From: a virus
Direction: 5' to 3' (one strand)
Virus record (IMG/VR): IMGVR_UViG_3300050821_000645
DNA length: 64,000 bases
The notes below the pieces were generated by a model. That model ran no database searches, had not been told where the DNA came from, and was given only the letters and a program-made list of their open reading frames with translations. Made by a program: the position numbers and the translations under genes. Within the stretch, counting starts at the first letter, position 1. The number at the start of each line of letters is the position of its first letter. Positions 1 to 9,759 of the stretch are shown one piece after another.

Positions 1-35
1 CTGAGCCGCCCCCGACGCATTTGTGGACGTTCTAG

Positions 36-617
36 ATGCCAGCAGTCGCCGGGTCGCAATGGAACGAGCGCAGCATAGGGCGCGCTATCTTCGAGCAGGC
101 GTTTACGCGCAAGCACGTCGTGCTGCTGCCGAATTCGTACTTCACGGGGTATGAGACCGACCTGCTGATAGTGCGCAACGACCTGCGCCTGGTCGACATC
201 GAGATCAAGCGCAGCCGCAGCGACTTCAGGGCTGACCAGCACAAAGATAAGTGGTGGAAATACGGCCCTTACGCACCTGATCCCAGCGGCGCACAGATGC
301 CATGGGGTACTGGACCTCGGATGGTACCCAGCAAGGAGCGCCGGGAGTGGCCAATCAGGATCTGGAAGCACTACTATGCGCTGCCTGCCGAGATATGGAC
401 CCCAGAGCTAGAGGCCGAGATCAGCCCCAAGTCGGGCATCATGCTGCTCAAGGAGCGGTACACCGAGACCCAGCTCAAGGAGTGGGAGGTCAAGCAGGCG
501 GTGAACCTGCGCATCCACCGGCAGGCTAAGCCCAACAAGGACGCCAAGCCTATAGATGCGGCCAGCGCCATTGACGTTGCGCGGCTGTGCAACACCCGTA
601 TGTGGGCTGTGCTATGA
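36..617 (+). CDS. PD-(D/E)XK family nuclease-like protein
   Basis: 193-aa ORF; segment ...GYETDLLIVRNDLRLVDIEIKRS fits the D...(D/E)xK nuclease core; first complete ORF in window. Confidence 0.5.
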   Translation: MPAVAGSQWNERSIGRAIFEQAFTRKHVVLLPNSYFTGYETDLLIVRNDLRLVDIEIKRSRSDFRADQHKDKWWKYGPYAPDPSGAQMPWGTGPRMVPSKERREWPIRIWKHYYALPAEIWTPELEAEISPKSGIMLLKERYTETQLKEWEVKQAVNLRIHRQAKPNKDAKPIDAASAIDVARLCNTRMWAVL

Positions 618-781
618 TAGACGTAAGGTGACAGAAAACGACTGGACGAACATACTCAAGATACAGCCCAAGCAAGGGCAGAGAATACTTGCGTGGATGC
701 CTGATGACCAGAAGGTGATAGTCACCTATGACCGGTACAAGTACTTGTGCTGGGGGATCACTCACTGGAAGAATATGCCGA

Positions 782-1111
782 ATGAGCAACGACAATCACA
801 AATTAGCTAGAGAATGCGGGCCAGGCTGGAATGACCTGATTGGACCCATCGTCATCCGCGCTGACGAGACAGGCGCGACCATTGTGCAGATCAAGGAGAA
901 GTTCGGAATGCTCAGGATCTATCTGGGCCCCGGAGACGTCGACTGCGACGAGCTGCTTGACATGATCGACAAGGCCGAGATGGAGAGCGCGACCACGTGC
1001 GAGATGTGCGGCAAGCCTGGCGTTACCATGGCCACGGGCAGCAACGGGCACTGGCTGAAGACACTTTGCAAAGAACACGGAACTGAACTGGGCTACCGGA
1101 GAACCAAATGA
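782..1111 (+). CDS. hypothetical Cys-containing protein (CEMCGK motif)
   Basis: ORF 728..1111 with likely start at internal Met (MSNDNHK); upstream part overlaps previous ORFs. Confidence 0.4.
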   Translation: MSNDNHKLARECGPGWNDLIGPIVIRADETGATIVQIKEKFGMLRIYLGPGDVDCDELLDMIDKAEMESATTCEMCGKPGVTMATGSNGHWLKTLCKEHGTELGYRRTK

Positions 1112-1560
1112 TTCCAGCGGCTTACATTGAAAACCTCAAGAGCAACTATGATGGCAAATGGGTCGGCGACGCCCGCAACCGGTTTGCTGACAAGGACGGC
1201 AAGATCACGTACGTCCAGTCAGGCAAGGACATTAAGGGGCAGTCATTCGAGCGAGTGCTGGGCGACGTCGGCTTCCTGCTGGAGCTGACCCCGCAAGAGG
1301 GACGCGGCGCGAAGCGACTGGAGTTCAGGGACAGCCCGGCGCGTACCCAAGACTGGGAGGACGTGCTGTACGGCATGATTGAGGGTAGGACGAACGTAGA
1401 AGCCCTAGGCGTGGCGCGCGTGACAAAGGTGTCTTCGAATGGCCGGGGCCAGGTGATAACCCTGTGGGGGGCCGCCCTGGACGCCGCATTAGACGATCTG
1501 GGGTACCCGGACATCTGCCGGAAGGAGTTCACCGTGGAGAACGGCTTTGGGCCTGGATGA
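1108..1560 (+). CDS. hypothetical protein
   Basis: 150-aa ORF; ATGA start/stop overlap with upstream gene suggests translational coupling. Confidence 0.45.
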   Translation: MIPAAYIENLKSNYDGKWVGDARNRFADKDGKITYVQSGKDIKGQSFERVLGDVGFLLELTPQEGRGAKRLEFRDSPARTQDWEDVLYGMIEGRTNVEALGVARVTKVSSNGRGQVITLWGAALDAALDDLGYPDICRKEFTVENGFGPG

Positions 1561-1771
1561 CACGACTGAGTGGGGGCTGGCATGCTACGAGCTGCTGGCC
1601 GGTGGCATGGTGATTGTGGCGGTTTCGTACATTATCTGGTACTTCGTCGAATACTGGAAGCACGGGCCCGGTTAGCGAGTATGCTACAATAGGCATTCCC
1701 GCCAAGGCTGACGTTCGGCAGCCAAGACGACGCCGGGCTGGTATCCCCACCACGCCCGGCAATTTTAAGTG

Positions 1772-1799
1772 TTGACAGGCATGGGAAAGCGCGTATAGT
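1772..1799 (+). promoter_or_regulatory. sigma70-like promoter (TTGACA-16-TATAGT)
   Basis: TTGACA at 1772-1777 and TATAGT at 1794-1799 in the 268-bp gap upstream of gene 1828; an extended -10-like gtatgctacaat sits at 1679-1690. Confidence 0.4.
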
Positions 1800-1827
1800 T
1801 GATCCCAGGCAACAACTGGAGAGTGAA

Positions 1828-2199
1828 ATGAGTGATTCCTTCGACAAGATCGACAACGACGAGCTTCGTGCCGCCATCGGGCGCTTCAGCGTCTTCCTGC
1901 GCAATGACTACACCAAGAATGGCGACGAGTACAGCCTGAAGCAGCCCGACGCCTGGGTGCCGGACGCTCCTGGCAAGAACGTGGTCCGCATCCTGCACAC
2001 GGGTCGCGGCGGTTCCGGTGGCAGCAGCTACTGCTTCATCGTGCTCAGGGACTTCGAGAAGGGCGGCAAGCTCTGGCGGAAGGGCGACATTCTGATGGCA
2101 GCTGGCTATAAGGCCCCAGCCTGGAACGCGGCGCGCGGCAACGTCATAGACGACAACTACGGTAACGCCACCTGGGCTGGCCCGGGATACCTGCGATGA
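1828..2199 (+). CDS. hypothetical protein
   Basis: 123-aa ORF preceded by GGAGAG RBS-like sequence. Confidence 0.45.
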   Translation: MSDSFDKIDNDELRAAIGRFSVFLRNDYTKNGDEYSLKQPDAWVPDAPGKNVVRILHTGRGGSGGSSYCFIVLRDFEKGGKLWRKGDILMAAGYKAPAWNAARGNVIDDNYGNATWAGPGYLR

Positions 2200-2523
2200 G
2201 CATCGTTCAGGAGATTGTGCTTCATCAGGTCCTCATGGAGGGTCCTCAGATCGAGGATCCACGTAAGCGGGAGCGATACATAGACGAAACCATTAACGCC
2301 ATGACCAACGTCGAGCTGCTGGAGCGCATCAGCAATGCCATTGAGGCATCCAAGGGGTTTGACCCATGACCTGGGTCCTTATGGTGTTCATGCAGTTCCC
2401 GGACGGACACCGGGAGCTGCGCGGGTGGAGCGAGTACCCGACGGCTCAGGCGTGCTATAATGCTTTACCTGAACCCAAACCTGACGCTAGCCCTCTGCGG
2501 CTGGTGAAGTGCGTGCGACAACC

Positions 2524-3000
2524 ATGAGCGGCAAAGTATTCGTCATCAGCGACACGCACTTCGGGCACAAGCGCATCATCGAGTTCGAGAAGACCGCGCG
2601 CCCGTTTGCGACCATAGAGGAGCACGACCGTGAGCTGGTACAGCGCTGGAACGCGGTGGTCGACAAGAAGGACACGGTGTGGCACCTAGGTGACGTCTTC
2701 TTCGGCCGGGACGGGCACAAGGTGCTGGCCGAGCTGAATGGCTACAAGAAACTGGTGCTCGGCAACCATGACCATTACCCATTGGCTGTGTATCAGCAGT
2801 ACTTCGGCAAGATATTCGGGGCCGCTGAGTACCGTAACTGCATCTTAACGCACGTGCCCGTGCACACCTGCCAGATGTACAGGTATACGAAGAACATTCA
2901 CGGGCACATGCACAGCAGATCGACCGGTGACCCGAGGTACGTATGCGTCTCCGCCGAGCACACCGGGCTCGCCCCTGTGCTGATGGGGAGCGTGCTATGA
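2524..3000 (+). CDS. metallophosphoesterase (calcineurin-like Ser/Thr phosphatase family)
   Basis: motifs VFVISDTHFGH, WHLGDVF, LVLGNHD, HGHMH match the metallophosphoesterase signature (D-x-H...GD...GNH[DE]...H...GH-x-H); start taken at ATG 2524 rather than GTG 2509. Confidence 0.8.
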   Translation: MSGKVFVISDTHFGHKRIIEFEKTARPFATIEEHDRELVQRWNAVVDKKDTVWHLGDVFFGRDGHKVLAELNGYKKLVLGNHDHYPLAVYQQYFGKIFGAAEYRNCILTHVPVHTCQMYRYTKNIHGHMHSRSTGDPRYVCVSAEHTGLAPVLMGSVL

Positions 3001-3212
3001 TGTTCACATCGAGAGCACGAGCACTGTCGGAGATGGCGCTAGCGCTGTGGGCCATGGAGAATGACTCTTGGTCACTGGTGCGGCCTACGCCGGAAGAGTT
3101 CCAGGCGTATACGCTGATTGAGGCTGTTGTGAGGCACAATAAGCAGCGCGATAAGGATGAGCTGTGGAAGTGGTTGAAGGAGTCCGCCGAGGGGCGTGGC
3201 GCGTTTACCTAA
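2996..3212 (+). CDS. hypothetical protein
   Basis: 71-aa ORF starting ATGATG, overlapping stop of phosphoesterase gene. Confidence 0.35.
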
Positions 3213-3223
3213 AGGAGATTCGA

Positions 3224-3511
3224 GTGAGATATCTGCCATTGTTTACTGCATTTGCAATGCTGTTCTGCGCCATCGCATACGGTGCCGAGCCCATCCAGCC
3301 CATCTTCGTGCCCGTGATCGTGGAGTACAAGGGCGGTTCGTTCCAGTCTGTGCGCTTATCAGGCGACGAGTGGTTCGACAATCTACGAGACTGCAAGAAC
3401 GCCGCCGACAAGCAGGCGATGAGCGTAATCGAGAGCGACACCGGGGACATCAGCGTCAAGGTGGCGTGCCTGCCAGTGCCCAGCAAGAACCCTCAGGTGG
3501 ACGCGAAGTGA
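3224..3511 (+). CDS. hypothetical secreted/membrane protein (N-terminal signal-peptide-like segment)
   Basis: GTG start after AAAGGAG RBS; N-terminus RYLPLFTAFAMLFCAIAYGAEP looks like a signal peptide. Confidence 0.4.
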   Translation: MRYLPLFTAFAMLFCAIAYGAEPIQPIFVPVIVEYKGGSFQSVRLSGDEWFDNLRDCKNAADKQAMSVIESDTGDISVKVACLPVPSKNPQVDAK

Positions 3512-4251
3512 ACACCAGGGACAGCTATAAGCGCCGGGTGGCGCGCCTGGAGAAGTACCTGGCTGCGTCACAGCAGGAGCGCGCCAATCTCGCGATTGAG
3601 CACGCCAAGGTGCGCAAGCACTACCAGGATGTGGTCGCCAAACACATCGCCAACGAGCGACGCGGAGACCAGTTGCTACTGGAGGATCGTTTCAAGATCC
3701 AGGAGCTGGAGCAGCAGGTCGGGTCGCAGCATGTGCAGCTGTGTAACGCCCTAGAGGACGTCAAGGTTGCGCAGCTGAATGTGCAGACGTACTCCAAGTC
3801 GTTGGAGCAGTGCCGGGCGGAGCGCAGGCAAGCACGTCTGGAATGCGCCGCCGCTGCGTCAATGGTGGACGAGCTGCAAGAGCGGTTGCATATTGCCGAG
3901 CAGCGCCTGAGCTATCGCATCTACCAGGGACTGGCTAGGTGGTGCACCAAGACCGGCGCCAAACTGCGCCTGAGGCGTCTCGCTATCATCGAGGGAATCA
4001 AGGCACGGCTGCTGGTGCTGCGCCTGAATAAGCCCCGGGTCGAGGCTATGCGCGAGGCAGGCTACATCCCCGAGAAGCTGGTGAAGGTCGCCCTGGACTA
4101 CTGGCAGCACGACAAGGAGCGTATGGCGCAGGAAGAGTACATACGCGAAGTGCATAGCGGCAGCAGAGATGGTAAGGAATGGCAGCGTTCCGTGGTTGTG
4201 CCTAAACCTAGCATGTGGCGTAAGCTGATGATACTGATCGGGAGGGCATGA
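3508..4251 (+). CDS. hypothetical coiled-coil protein
   Basis: about 247 aa from GTG 3508 (GTGA overlap with upstream stop); long heptad-like Q/E/R/L-rich stretch. Confidence 0.4.
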   Translation: MNTRDSYKRRVARLEKYLAASQQERANLAIEHAKVRKHYQDVVAKHIANERRGDQLLLEDRFKIQELEQQVGSQHVQLCNALEDVKVAQLNVQTYSKSLEQCRAERRQARLECAAAASMVDELQERLHIAEQRLSYRIYQGLARWCTKTGAKLRLRRLAIIEGIKARLLVLRLNKPRVEAMREAGYIPEKLVKVALDYWQHDKERMAQEEYIREVHSGSRDGKEWQRSVVVPKPSMWRKLMILIGRA

Positions 4252-4445
4252 TAATGACGAAGATGCAAAAGCGACGCGCGGCAGCGGATCGCCTGGAGCA
4301 GGCTGCGCAGGGACTGATTGCGCAGGCTTACATACTATGCTCACCAGATGGGCACAATATCCACGCCCGGCAGCGTAACAGCGCTGAGCTACTTAAGCGT
4401 GCCCGTCAATACGCCAATGCCGTGGCCGCTGTGAGGAGATCGTGA
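4248..4445 (+). CDS. hypothetical protein
   Basis: 65-aa ORF, ATGA overlap coupling. Confidence 0.35.
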   Translation: MIMTKMQKRRAAADRLEQAAQGLIAQAYILCSPDGHNIHARQRNSAELLKRARQYANAVAAVRRS

Positions 4446-4636
4446 CCGAACCAGTGTTCTATCAGGAGTCGATTGAGCGCCATGCACCGGCAGTCCTAAG
4501 CTGCCTGGCGAGGATGGTTAACGGTCTGATGCTGGAGATCGCCAAGGGGGCTAAGATTGATCCAGCGTTGCGAGCAGAACTGGGGAATGCAGTGGGTCTA
4601 ATCATGAAGGCCACGAAGGATCCCAGGTGCCCTTGA
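4442..4636 (+). CDS. hypothetical protein
   Basis: 64-aa ORF, GTGA overlap coupling. Confidence 0.35.
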   Translation: MTEPVFYQESIERHAPAVLSCLARMVNGLMLEIAKGAKIDPALRAELGNAVGLIMKATKDPRCP

Positions 4637-4718
4637 CGCATTGCAGCACAAAATAATGCTTGCATCATCCATTGGAGGCGCGTAGAGTTCATCTCAGGCA
4701 GCAACCAGGAGATGAGAG

Positions 4719-4910
4719 ATGAACCAGAACGAGATACTTGAGGTGGAGATCCGCAACGTGTACGGCAAGGGCTTGCTGTACCCCGTGAACAACGTTGCGA
4801 AGCTGTTCGCCAAGCTGCTGGACGTCAAGACCTTCAGCAAGCAGCAGATCGAGGACATCAAGTCCCTGGGCTACGTGGTAGGCCAGGTTCGCATGGAGGT
4901 GGTGCTGTGA
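4719..4910 (+). CDS. hypothetical protein
   Basis: 63-aa ORF with AGGAGATGAGAGATG RBS/start context. Confidence 0.4.
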   Translation: MNQNEILEVEIRNVYGKGLLYPVNNVAKLFAKLLDVKTFSKQQIEDIKSLGYVVGQVRMEVVL

Positions 4911-6367
4911 GCCGCGTCTGGTCCGTTCAGCAGAGCGCGATATTCGACTTCGCCACCAGCGGCACCGGTAACGCGGTGATCGAGGCTGTGGCTGGCGCTG
5001 GCAAATCAACCACGGTCGTCGAGGCCATCCGGCAGGTAATCGCGAAGTTCCCCGGGATGTCCACCCTGTTCCTGGCGTTCGGCAAGCGGAATGCGGACGA
5101 CCTGAAGGCGAAGGGCGTGAACGCACGCACCTTCCACAGCCTGTGCTTCAACCCGGTGCTGCGCGCCAAGAAGCTGCGCGAGGTCACCGCCAGCAAGACC
5201 CGGGACATGATCGACGCCCGCTTCGGGGATAAGGAGGCCCGCATGTACGGCCCCTTCCTGCTGAAGCTGATCGGGCTAGGCAAGAACGCGGGCATCGGCT
5301 GCCTGCTGCCGGACATCGAGCAGAGCTGGGTCGACCTTGCTGACCACCACAACCTGGAGCTGGATCACGAGGACGCTGACTTCCACACCGCGATCCGGTA
5401 CGCCTCGGAGCTGCTGACGGCCTCCAATGCGGCCCCGGCGGTCGACTTCGACGACCTGCTGTACCTCGCGGTGAAGGACGGCATCAGTCTGCAGAAGTAC
5501 GACTTCATCGTCGTCGACGAGTACCAGGACACGAACAGCATCCAGGTAGCGATCCTGCGCAAGATCATGCACGCCAAGACCAGGCTGCTGCTGGTTGGCG
5601 ACCGGGCGCAGGCCATCTTCGGGTTCCGTGGCGCTGAGTCCGAGAGCATGGATAAGGCCGTGACCGAGTTCGGCGCCATCCAGCTGCCGCTGACCGTGAC
5701 CTACCGGTGCCCGACTGCGGTCGTGAAGCACGCGCACCAGTGGGTGCAGCACATCGAGGCAGCCCCGGGTGCGATTGAGGGCTCCGTGGAGTCCCTGGGG
5801 GACGCCTGGAGCGTTAAGCAGTTCGTAGCCAACGACCTGGTTATCTGCCGCACCACGGCCCCCTTGATAGGTGTGGCGTACAAGATGCTGAAGGCCCGCA
5901 TCCCTGTGCAGATTCTGGGCAAGGACATAGGCGATGGCCTGAAGTCCCTCATCAAGCGCATGAACGCCAAGGGCATCCCGGCGCTGGAGGCCAAGATCCA
6001 GTCATGGCGCGCCCGCGAGGTCGAGAAGGCCCGAGCTAAGAAGGACGACGCCAAGATGGAGCAGGTGCGCGACAAAGCGGATTGCATATTGTTTCTGATC
6101 GACACCCTGCCTGAGACCGAGCGCACCGTGCCCGCTCTGGTAGAGGTCATCGACGGCTTGTTTGCGGACAAAAAGAACGTCACCGTTCTCAGCACAATCC
6201 ATAAGGCGAAGGGATCCGAGGCTAAGACCGTGTACTGGCTGAATAGCTCCAAGTGCCCGGCGCAGTGGGCGAAGCAGCAGTGGCAGAGGGAGCAGGAGAG
6301 AAATTTGTGCTACGTGGCGACCACCAGGGCACAAGAAAAGCTTGTGCTTATCGAGGAGGAAGCGTGA
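4907..6367 (+). CDS. UvrD/Rep-like SF1 DNA helicase
   Basis: Walker A AVAGAGKSTT, motif II VVDEYQDTN, C-terminal TIHKAKGSEAKTVYWL (motif VI-like); 486 aa. Confidence 0.85.
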   Translation: MSRVWSVQQSAIFDFATSGTGNAVIEAVAGAGKSTTVVEAIRQVIAKFPGMSTLFLAFGKRNADDLKAKGVNARTFHSLCFNPVLRAKKLREVTASKTRDMIDARFGDKEARMYGPFLLKLIGLGKNAGIGCLLPDIEQSWVDLADHHNLELDHEDADFHTAIRYASELLTASNAAPAVDFDDLLYLAVKDGISLQKYDFIVVDEYQDTNSIQVAILRKIMHAKTRLLLVGDRAQAIFGFRGAESESMDKAVTEFGAIQLPLTVTYRCPTAVVKHAHQWVQHIEAAPGAIEGSVESLGDAWSVKQFVANDLVICRTTAPLIGVAYKMLKARIPVQILGKDIGDGLKSLIKRMNAKGIPALEAKIQSWRAREVEKARAKKDDAKMEQVRDKADCILFLIDTLPETERTVPALVEVIDGLFADKKNVTVLSTIHKAKGSEAKTVYWLNSSKCPAQWAKQQWQREQERNLCYVATTRAQEKLVLIEEEA

Positions 6368-6627
6368 TGACTAGCCACCAAAAGAGAAGACGTACAGCAT
6401 GGTTGCGGCAGAACAAGAAGTGTTATTGGTGCGATTGTGAGCTTGCGTGGCGGGATGTGACGTCGGACCATAGATGGCCCAGGGGTAGTAACCTTAGGGG
6501 GCAGCCGTCCCCTCCAGAGCAGCGCAACATCGTGGCATCGTGCTTCGCGTGCAACCAGGATATGGGCCACAAGTGGGTCAAAATAAAAAGTATCTGGGGG
6601 CTTGCAAGGATGCCTGATAGGGCGTAA
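6367..6627 (+). CDS. HNH endonuclease (free-standing, homing-type)
   Basis: CYWCDC...DH...N...CFACN arrangement (two CxxC pairs flanking His/Asn) typical of HNH; ATG overlaps helicase stop. Confidence 0.6.
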   Translation: MTSHQKRRRTAWLRQNKKCYWCDCELAWRDVTSDHRWPRGSNLRGQPSPPEQRNIVASCFACNQDMGHKWVKIKSIWGLARMPDRA

Positions 6628-6662
6628 GCTTCACCCATCGATTAAACCAACGACTGAGGAGA

Positions 6663-6998
6663 ATGATAATGGCTAAATTCAACGGCGACGTACGGCCCCT
6701 TTCCAATAACCCCGCGTACATGGGCGTGATCTTCGAGGGCGAGATCGACCAGGCTATTGCGCAGGCCCGTGCGGCGCAGGACCATGGCCTGGCTGAGCAG
6801 TTCGTCCCCAAGGGCATGAACCGCAATCGGGCAGCCTTGCTACAGCACCTGAATCTCCTGGGGCTGCCTAAGGCCCCGGCAATTGTCGACGACGACATCC
6901 AGGAGCCGCCCGGCAAGTACACGGTCGAATACGCCCAGAGCCGGGGATGGCTCAATGGCCCGGCCAAGTTGGCGATGGAGCTGGATCCCAGCAACTAG
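6663..6998 (+). CDS. hypothetical protein
   Basis: 111-aa ORF with GAGGAG RBS. Confidence 0.4.
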   Translation: MIMAKFNGDVRPLSNNPAYMGVIFEGEIDQAIAQARAAQDHGLAEQFVPKGMNRNRAALLQHLNLLGLPKAPAIVDDDIQEPPGKYTVEYAQSRGWLNGPAKLAMELDPSN

Positions 6999-7092
6999 GA
7001 GGATGATGTGAGCGCGCTGACAATTTTCGGGTACCTGGTTGCGGCGTTCGCAGCTGTCGTGGTATGCTACGTTTCCATCAGAGGAGAGTGAT

Positions 7093-7293
7093 ATGAAGTT
7101 TCAGATCCGCAGAGAGCGCAATCAGTTCGACCCCAGGATGTCGATGTACAACGTATACGACGCTGATAAGTTTAAGGAGGGCACTGCCAGGGGATACCTG
7201 GGTGGGTTCGCATCGGTAGGGGCAGCTCAGTTGTTCATTGAATCGCATCGCACACAGCCATTGTCTGAGCTGGTTGCGGAGGTAGAGGTGTGA
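7093..7293 (+). CDS. hypothetical protein
   Basis: ORF 7039..7293 with probable start at MKFQIRR after GAGGAGAG RBS. Confidence 0.4.
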   Translation: MKFQIRRERNQFDPRMSMYNVYDADKFKEGTARGYLGGFASVGAAQLFIESHRTQPLSELVAEVEV

Positions 7294-7478
7294 CTGAGGG
7301 TCTGCCGTTGTACGGGCACCATCCGCTACCAGGGCGGTGCCGGTACTCTGTGCGCCCGCACTTGGTGGAGGACTGGCATCAGTGCCGCAAGAGGCCGATG
7401 GCGATGAGCTGGTACTGCTGGCAGCATGACCCCCGTGAGCTGGAGCGGCAAGGTGGAGAGCTGAGGAGGAAGCGATGA
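7290..7478 (+). CDS. hypothetical protein
   Basis: 62-aa ORF, GTGA coupling overlap. Confidence 0.3.
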   Translation: MTEGLPLYGHHPLPGRCRYSVRPHLVEDWHQCRKRPMAMSWYCWQHDPRELERQGGELRRKR

Positions 7479-8014
7479 AGATTGAATTGCCTTTCGAGTT
7501 GAACGTGCAAGTGTGGAAGGCCACGCTGCACTACCGCGACGTGCGCGAGGTGTGCCCAGAGTGCAACGGCGACAAGTTCGTGACCGTTGTGCAGGGTAAT
7601 GGTGAGCAGTTCCAGCTCCCATGCAAGGGATGCGATGGCGATATCCTGACCCCGCCGCGCGGGTACGTGACACGCCAGGAGAGCGACTACATCCCGGTCA
7701 GCTTCACCCCGAGACGCTGGGGCATGTACGACACTGACCCGTGGTACTCGGAGTCATCGCCTGATGACAGCAGCTACACGCAGACGAACGCCAAGGATCT
7801 GTTCGCAGGCTTCATGGAGTGCAACGACCACTGCAAGCAACTGAACGTCGAGCGGGATGCGCGGCAGAAGGATCGTGAGTACCAGCACCTGATGCACAAG
7901 CGAGAGGACTACGCATGGTCGGTGCACTACTGGCGCAACAAGCGTAACTCATTGCGCAAGGAGCTGGAGTGGATCGACAATCGTCTGAAGCAGATCAAGG
8001 AGCGAGCGAAGTGA
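7475..8014 (+). CDS. zinc-ribbon protein
   Basis: CPECNGDKF...CKGCDG (two CxxC pairs); 179 aa. Confidence 0.45.
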   Translation: MKIELPFELNVQVWKATLHYRDVREVCPECNGDKFVTVVQGNGEQFQLPCKGCDGDILTPPRGYVTRQESDYIPVSFTPRRWGMYDTDPWYSESSPDDSSYTQTNAKDLFAGFMECNDHCKQLNVERDARQKDREYQHLMHKREDYAWSVHYWRNKRNSLRKELEWIDNRLKQIKERAK

Positions 8015-8355
8015 TGTCGCCAGTCGAGAGGCTGCGCAGAGCCAGCACCGGGCAAGGCGGTGTGTACCGTCTTTGCAAGCAGGCTGCTGACTACATCGAG
8101 CTGCTGGAGCGTCAGCTGCATCCTCAAGAGCACGCTAATGCGCTTGCGGATCTATTGAGAGCACAAAAGCGTGTCGAGTTTCTAGAAGGGCAGCTGCGCA
8201 TCGAGCAGGATGAGCGCAAGTCCCTGGAGGGCAGGTATGCTATCATCGATGCACGGTACAAGCAGGTCGAGGAGCGCTGGCACAAGCTGATGGAGCGTAA
8301 GGATCTGCAGTGCGGTAACCGCGTAGACTGGGAAGCACCGGAGAAGGTTCGATGA
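8014..8355 (+). CDS. hypothetical coiled-coil protein
   Basis: internal Met start overlapping upstream stop; ORF track 7969..8355. Confidence 0.4.
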   Translation: MSPVERLRRASTGQGGVYRLCKQAADYIELLERQLHPQEHANALADLLRAQKRVEFLEGQLRIEQDERKSLEGRYAIIDARYKQVEERWHKLMERKDLQCGNRVDWEAPEKVR

Positions 8356-8825
8356 GCTTCAAGGTCGAGCACTTCCAGGGTCACTGGTTTGACGAGGGGC
8401 TGGTGTTCGCTACGCGAGACGAAGCTATGGCCTACTCGCGACACAAAGGTCTGATTCCCAGCCGGGTGGTAGCTGCGACGCGCGAGTCTACCATGCAGGC
8501 TGGGATTTTGGCAGACCTGCCGGTTAACTATACCTTCAAGGACGGCAAGCTGGCGCCGTATAAGACGCCTACCAAGGCATCTATGAGCTGGGAGGAGTAC
8601 ATGCTGGCGGGAGGGCATGGGATGCCGCTGAAGATACCTACAGTGCCTGAGTGGCAGGTCCCTGAATCGGTGCCAGTTATGATCCCACCAAGGCCGCTGT
8701 GCGACGGATGCGGGCAAGAGATCGACCCAGACTGTTGCGGCTGTGGTGACCCACCCGAGTCACACAGCGTGTGGAGTGGGCACCCATTCATCCCCATGGG
8801 CTGCGACTGCTATCGTGCGTCATGA
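8352..8825 (+). CDS. hypothetical Cys-rich protein
   Basis: 157-aa ORF; C-terminal CDGCGQEIDPDCCGCGD cluster. Confidence 0.4.
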   Translation: MSFKVEHFQGHWFDEGLVFATRDEAMAYSRHKGLIPSRVVAATRESTMQAGILADLPVNYTFKDGKLAPYKTPTKASMSWEEYMLAGGHGMPLKIPTVPEWQVPESVPVMIPPRPLCDGCGQEIDPDCCGCGDPPESHSVWSGHPFIPMGCDCYRAS

Positions 8826-9247
8826 TTCCCGTCGTATCTCTTGGGGCGGGGCACCGTTCCCAGGACGTGTGGAGGTGCGAGCAATGCGGCGTAACGAAGC
8901 CCGCAACGTGGCGTGGGGCAGGCGGGCGCCTGTATCATCGCAGGAGCAAGTACTGCGGCGGGATCTGCCGGGGGAATGCGATGAGGGGCAAGGCGAACCC
9001 GGCGTACACGACAGGCGCACGCACAGCCCCCAGGACGGGCAGAACACGCAAGGCCATGACGACGTGGCAGGTTACCGAGATCGAGCGCTGGATGCGCTTA
9101 CGGGACCGCACAGCGCAGCAGCTGGCGGACATGATCGGTGTCACCAGGAGGGCGGTGCACAAGCGGAAGGCGGCCATTGCTGCGAGGCAGCATGCGAAAG
9201 TTGTTGACAGCTCCACTGAAGCGCCTATGATGGGCGCCAGGCAGTAA
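8822..9247 (+). CDS. putative DNA-binding protein (C-terminal HTH-like segment)
   Basis: internal Met start (MIPVVSL) overlapping upstream stop; N-terminal CEQCG...CGGIC zinc-finger-like segment and TAQQLADMIGVTRRAVHKR helix-turn-helix-like segment. Confidence 0.4.
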   Translation: MIPVVSLGAGHRSQDVWRCEQCGVTKPATWRGAGGRLYHRRSKYCGGICRGNAMRGKANPAYTTGARTAPRTGRTRKAMTTWQVTEIERWMRLRDRTAQQLADMIGVTRRAVHKRKAAIAARQHAKVVDSSTEAPMMGARQ

Positions 9248-9260
9248 CAGGAGAGATGAG

Positions 9261-9500
9261 ATGAGCTACGTAATCGTTCGCAAGTCGCCCGCCACTGGCC
9301 GGGTGATGTTTCTGACAGAGTCCCGGTCAGCTGGTGTCAGCTTCGAGGCCCCTGGTAACTCAGTGACCGGCGTAGGGGTGAGCAACCTCAAGACCTGGAA
9401 GACACCCTCTGGCCCGTACCGATGGTTGAAGGAGCGCCCGGACATGATGCGCGCGTACGGCGCCGTTGGCATGGTGCTCGAAGTGGTGGAGCAGTCATGA
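9261..9500 (+). CDS. hypothetical protein
   Basis: 79-aa ORF with AGGAGAGATGAGATG context. Confidence 0.4.
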   Translation: MSYVIVRKSPATGRVMFLTESRSAGVSFEAPGNSVTGVGVSNLKTWKTPSGPYRWLKERPDMMRAYGAVGMVLEVVEQS

Positions 9501-9561
9501 ACCTCCGCGAACTGAACCGCTGGGTCAACGCCGCCGAGTCCTGGCTTGACCGGGTGCTGTC

Positions 9562-9759
9562 ATGATCGCCAACGAGAAGCACTCCAAGGCGCTGGTCAAC
9601 CTGGTGCAGGAGATCGGTATGTCCGAGGTGCTGAACATCCTGGCCGCGCACTGCGCGCACAGGCATGAGTGGTTTTATGCCAATGGTAGCCCTAATGCGG
9701 CAATTTGGCATCGCACAGGGGAAGCCCTGTCCGAGGCAGCTGACGAGGTGGCGATATGA
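9562..9759 (+). CDS. hypothetical protein
   Basis: 65-aa ORF. Confidence 0.3.
   Translation: MIANEKHSKALVNLVQEIGMSEVLNILAAHCAHRHEWFYANGSPNAAIWHRTGEALSEAADEVAI

Noticed and set aside
2576-3139. 187-aa Arg/Cys/Ser-rich minus-strand ORF over the phosphoesterase gene
   Set aside because: Shadow ORF. The plus-strand product has a complete metallophosphoesterase motif set.
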